A DNA stretch of 64,000 nucleotides from a virus (taxonomy: Duplodnaviria > Heunggongvirae > Uroviricota > Caudoviricetes), in the IMG/VR virus record IMGVR_UViG_3300045049_000270, one strand, 5' to 3'. The position numbers were made by a program, and so were the translations under genes. Shown piece after piece: positions 63,243 through 64,000 of the stretch. A model generated the notes under the pieces. The model worked only from the letters and a program-made list of their open reading frames with translations, searched no databases and was not told the DNA's origin. Each line of letters starts with the position of its first letter. Position 1 is the stretch's first letter.

Positions 63243-63790
63243 TGGATGAAAAACAATTTTTTGCAAATGCGCGACGCACGATTGAATCGATGGCTGAACT
63301 TGGTAAGTTCATAGGGGTCAATTGGGAATATTTCGGCCGAAACGGGTTTAAAAATTCACCAGACCAACAAGGCAAATATGACTCAGAGCGTCTAGCTTCA
63401 ATAGCCACCACTAGATGGGAAGGCATCGACTATGAAAAAATGATCTCTAGTTATCACTATGCTGATTCCGGTGATGAGCCATTTTGGCGCATCTTTATTC
63501 ATATGATTTTGAAGCATCCAGACCTTGAAATTTCGTCGAGGCATTTTTTTCCGAAGACGGATAAGAAAACATATTGGCTCAAAGCAAATACCTATTTCGA
63601 GGATACTGGTATTCTTGTGGTTAATTGGTCACGATCTGTTGATCGATATTACACAGGTGATGAAGGTTTGGTTATTGATGCCAGACTTATGAGAAAGGAT
63701 TGGCCAGCATTGGCCAATTCGTGGGACCAAATGCAAGTTATGAAACGTATGTGCCCTGATGACGCACATACGTTACCTGATTTCATTTAA
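63242..63790 (+). CDS. Hypothetical protein
   Basis: TAATG coupling; DWPAL..W resembles the end of the previous gene. Confidence 0.7.
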   Translation: MDEKQFFANARRTIESMAELGKFIGVNWEYFGRNGFKNSPDQQGKYDSERLASIATTRWEGIDYEKMISSYHYADSGDEPFWRIFIHMILKHPDLEISSRHFFPKTDKKTYWLKANTYFEDTGILVVNWSRSVDRYYTGDEGLVIDARLMRKDWPALANSWDQMQVMKRMCPDDAHTLPDFI

Positions 63791-63799
63791 AGGAATATC

Positions 63800-64000
63800 A
63801 TGCCCCAAATTTTAGCTTGGGAATGTCCAAAGACTGGCGCCCTATTCAAAGAAAAAAGTGATTATGTTGCTCATCTAAAGGCATATGCAAAGCAACAGCT
63901 ACTTGATCGAGCACATAAACGATATGTGTCCGGAAAAGAAGCATTTTTCCGGCAGATGCGTGAACAAGTAGAAGACTTCGATCAGTTGAAACAATTCATC
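63800..64000 (+). CDS. Partial gene running off the window, paralogue of 62622..63242
   Basis: AAGGA RBS; MPQILAWECPKTGALF. Confidence 0.7.
   Translation, partial: MPQILAWECPKTGALFKEKSDYVAHLKAYAKQQLLDRAHKRYVSGKEAFFRQMREQVEDFDQLKQFI

Noticed and set aside
1-64000. Stop-codon reassignment as the cause of the many short ORFs
   Set aside because: Conserved enzymes are full length in the standard code, all three stops are used, and short ORFs end right after their shared terminal motif.

Overview
This AT-rich window looks like part of a large lytic (jumbo-type, T4-related) phage genome. Several host-like genes (YccA, Smr, CCA-adding enzyme, IbpA-like Hsp20) look proteobacterial. Recognisable genes include a split type II topoisomerase, guaC, queD, a TGT/DpdA-fold protein, clpX, clpS, infC, hsp20, a CCA-adding enzyme, RNase H, a SleB-like hydrolase, an epimerase, tRNA-Arg(TCT) and two homing-endonuclease loci. 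The dominant unexplained feature is a family of about 50 small paralogues (W-x-x-E-N-x-G ... D-x-x-A-x-x-F-K-L-x-W) in five arrays, where the next start codon is often written inside the terminal Trp codon. Other notable signals: (1) major-capsid-protein-like peptides, including a T4 Gol-like peptide, fused to three unrelated proteins; (2) a preQ1-I-like pseudoknot upstream of queD; (3) a homing endonuclease that appears to have split a gene and supplied a replacement 5' end; (4) six promoters sharing a TCATATGA-type palindrome; (5) a ROSE-like thermometer before hsp20; (6) a repeat-bearing skew switch that may be an origin; (7) a duplicated two-gene module. All calls come from reading the sequence and recalling motifs; no database searches were run.
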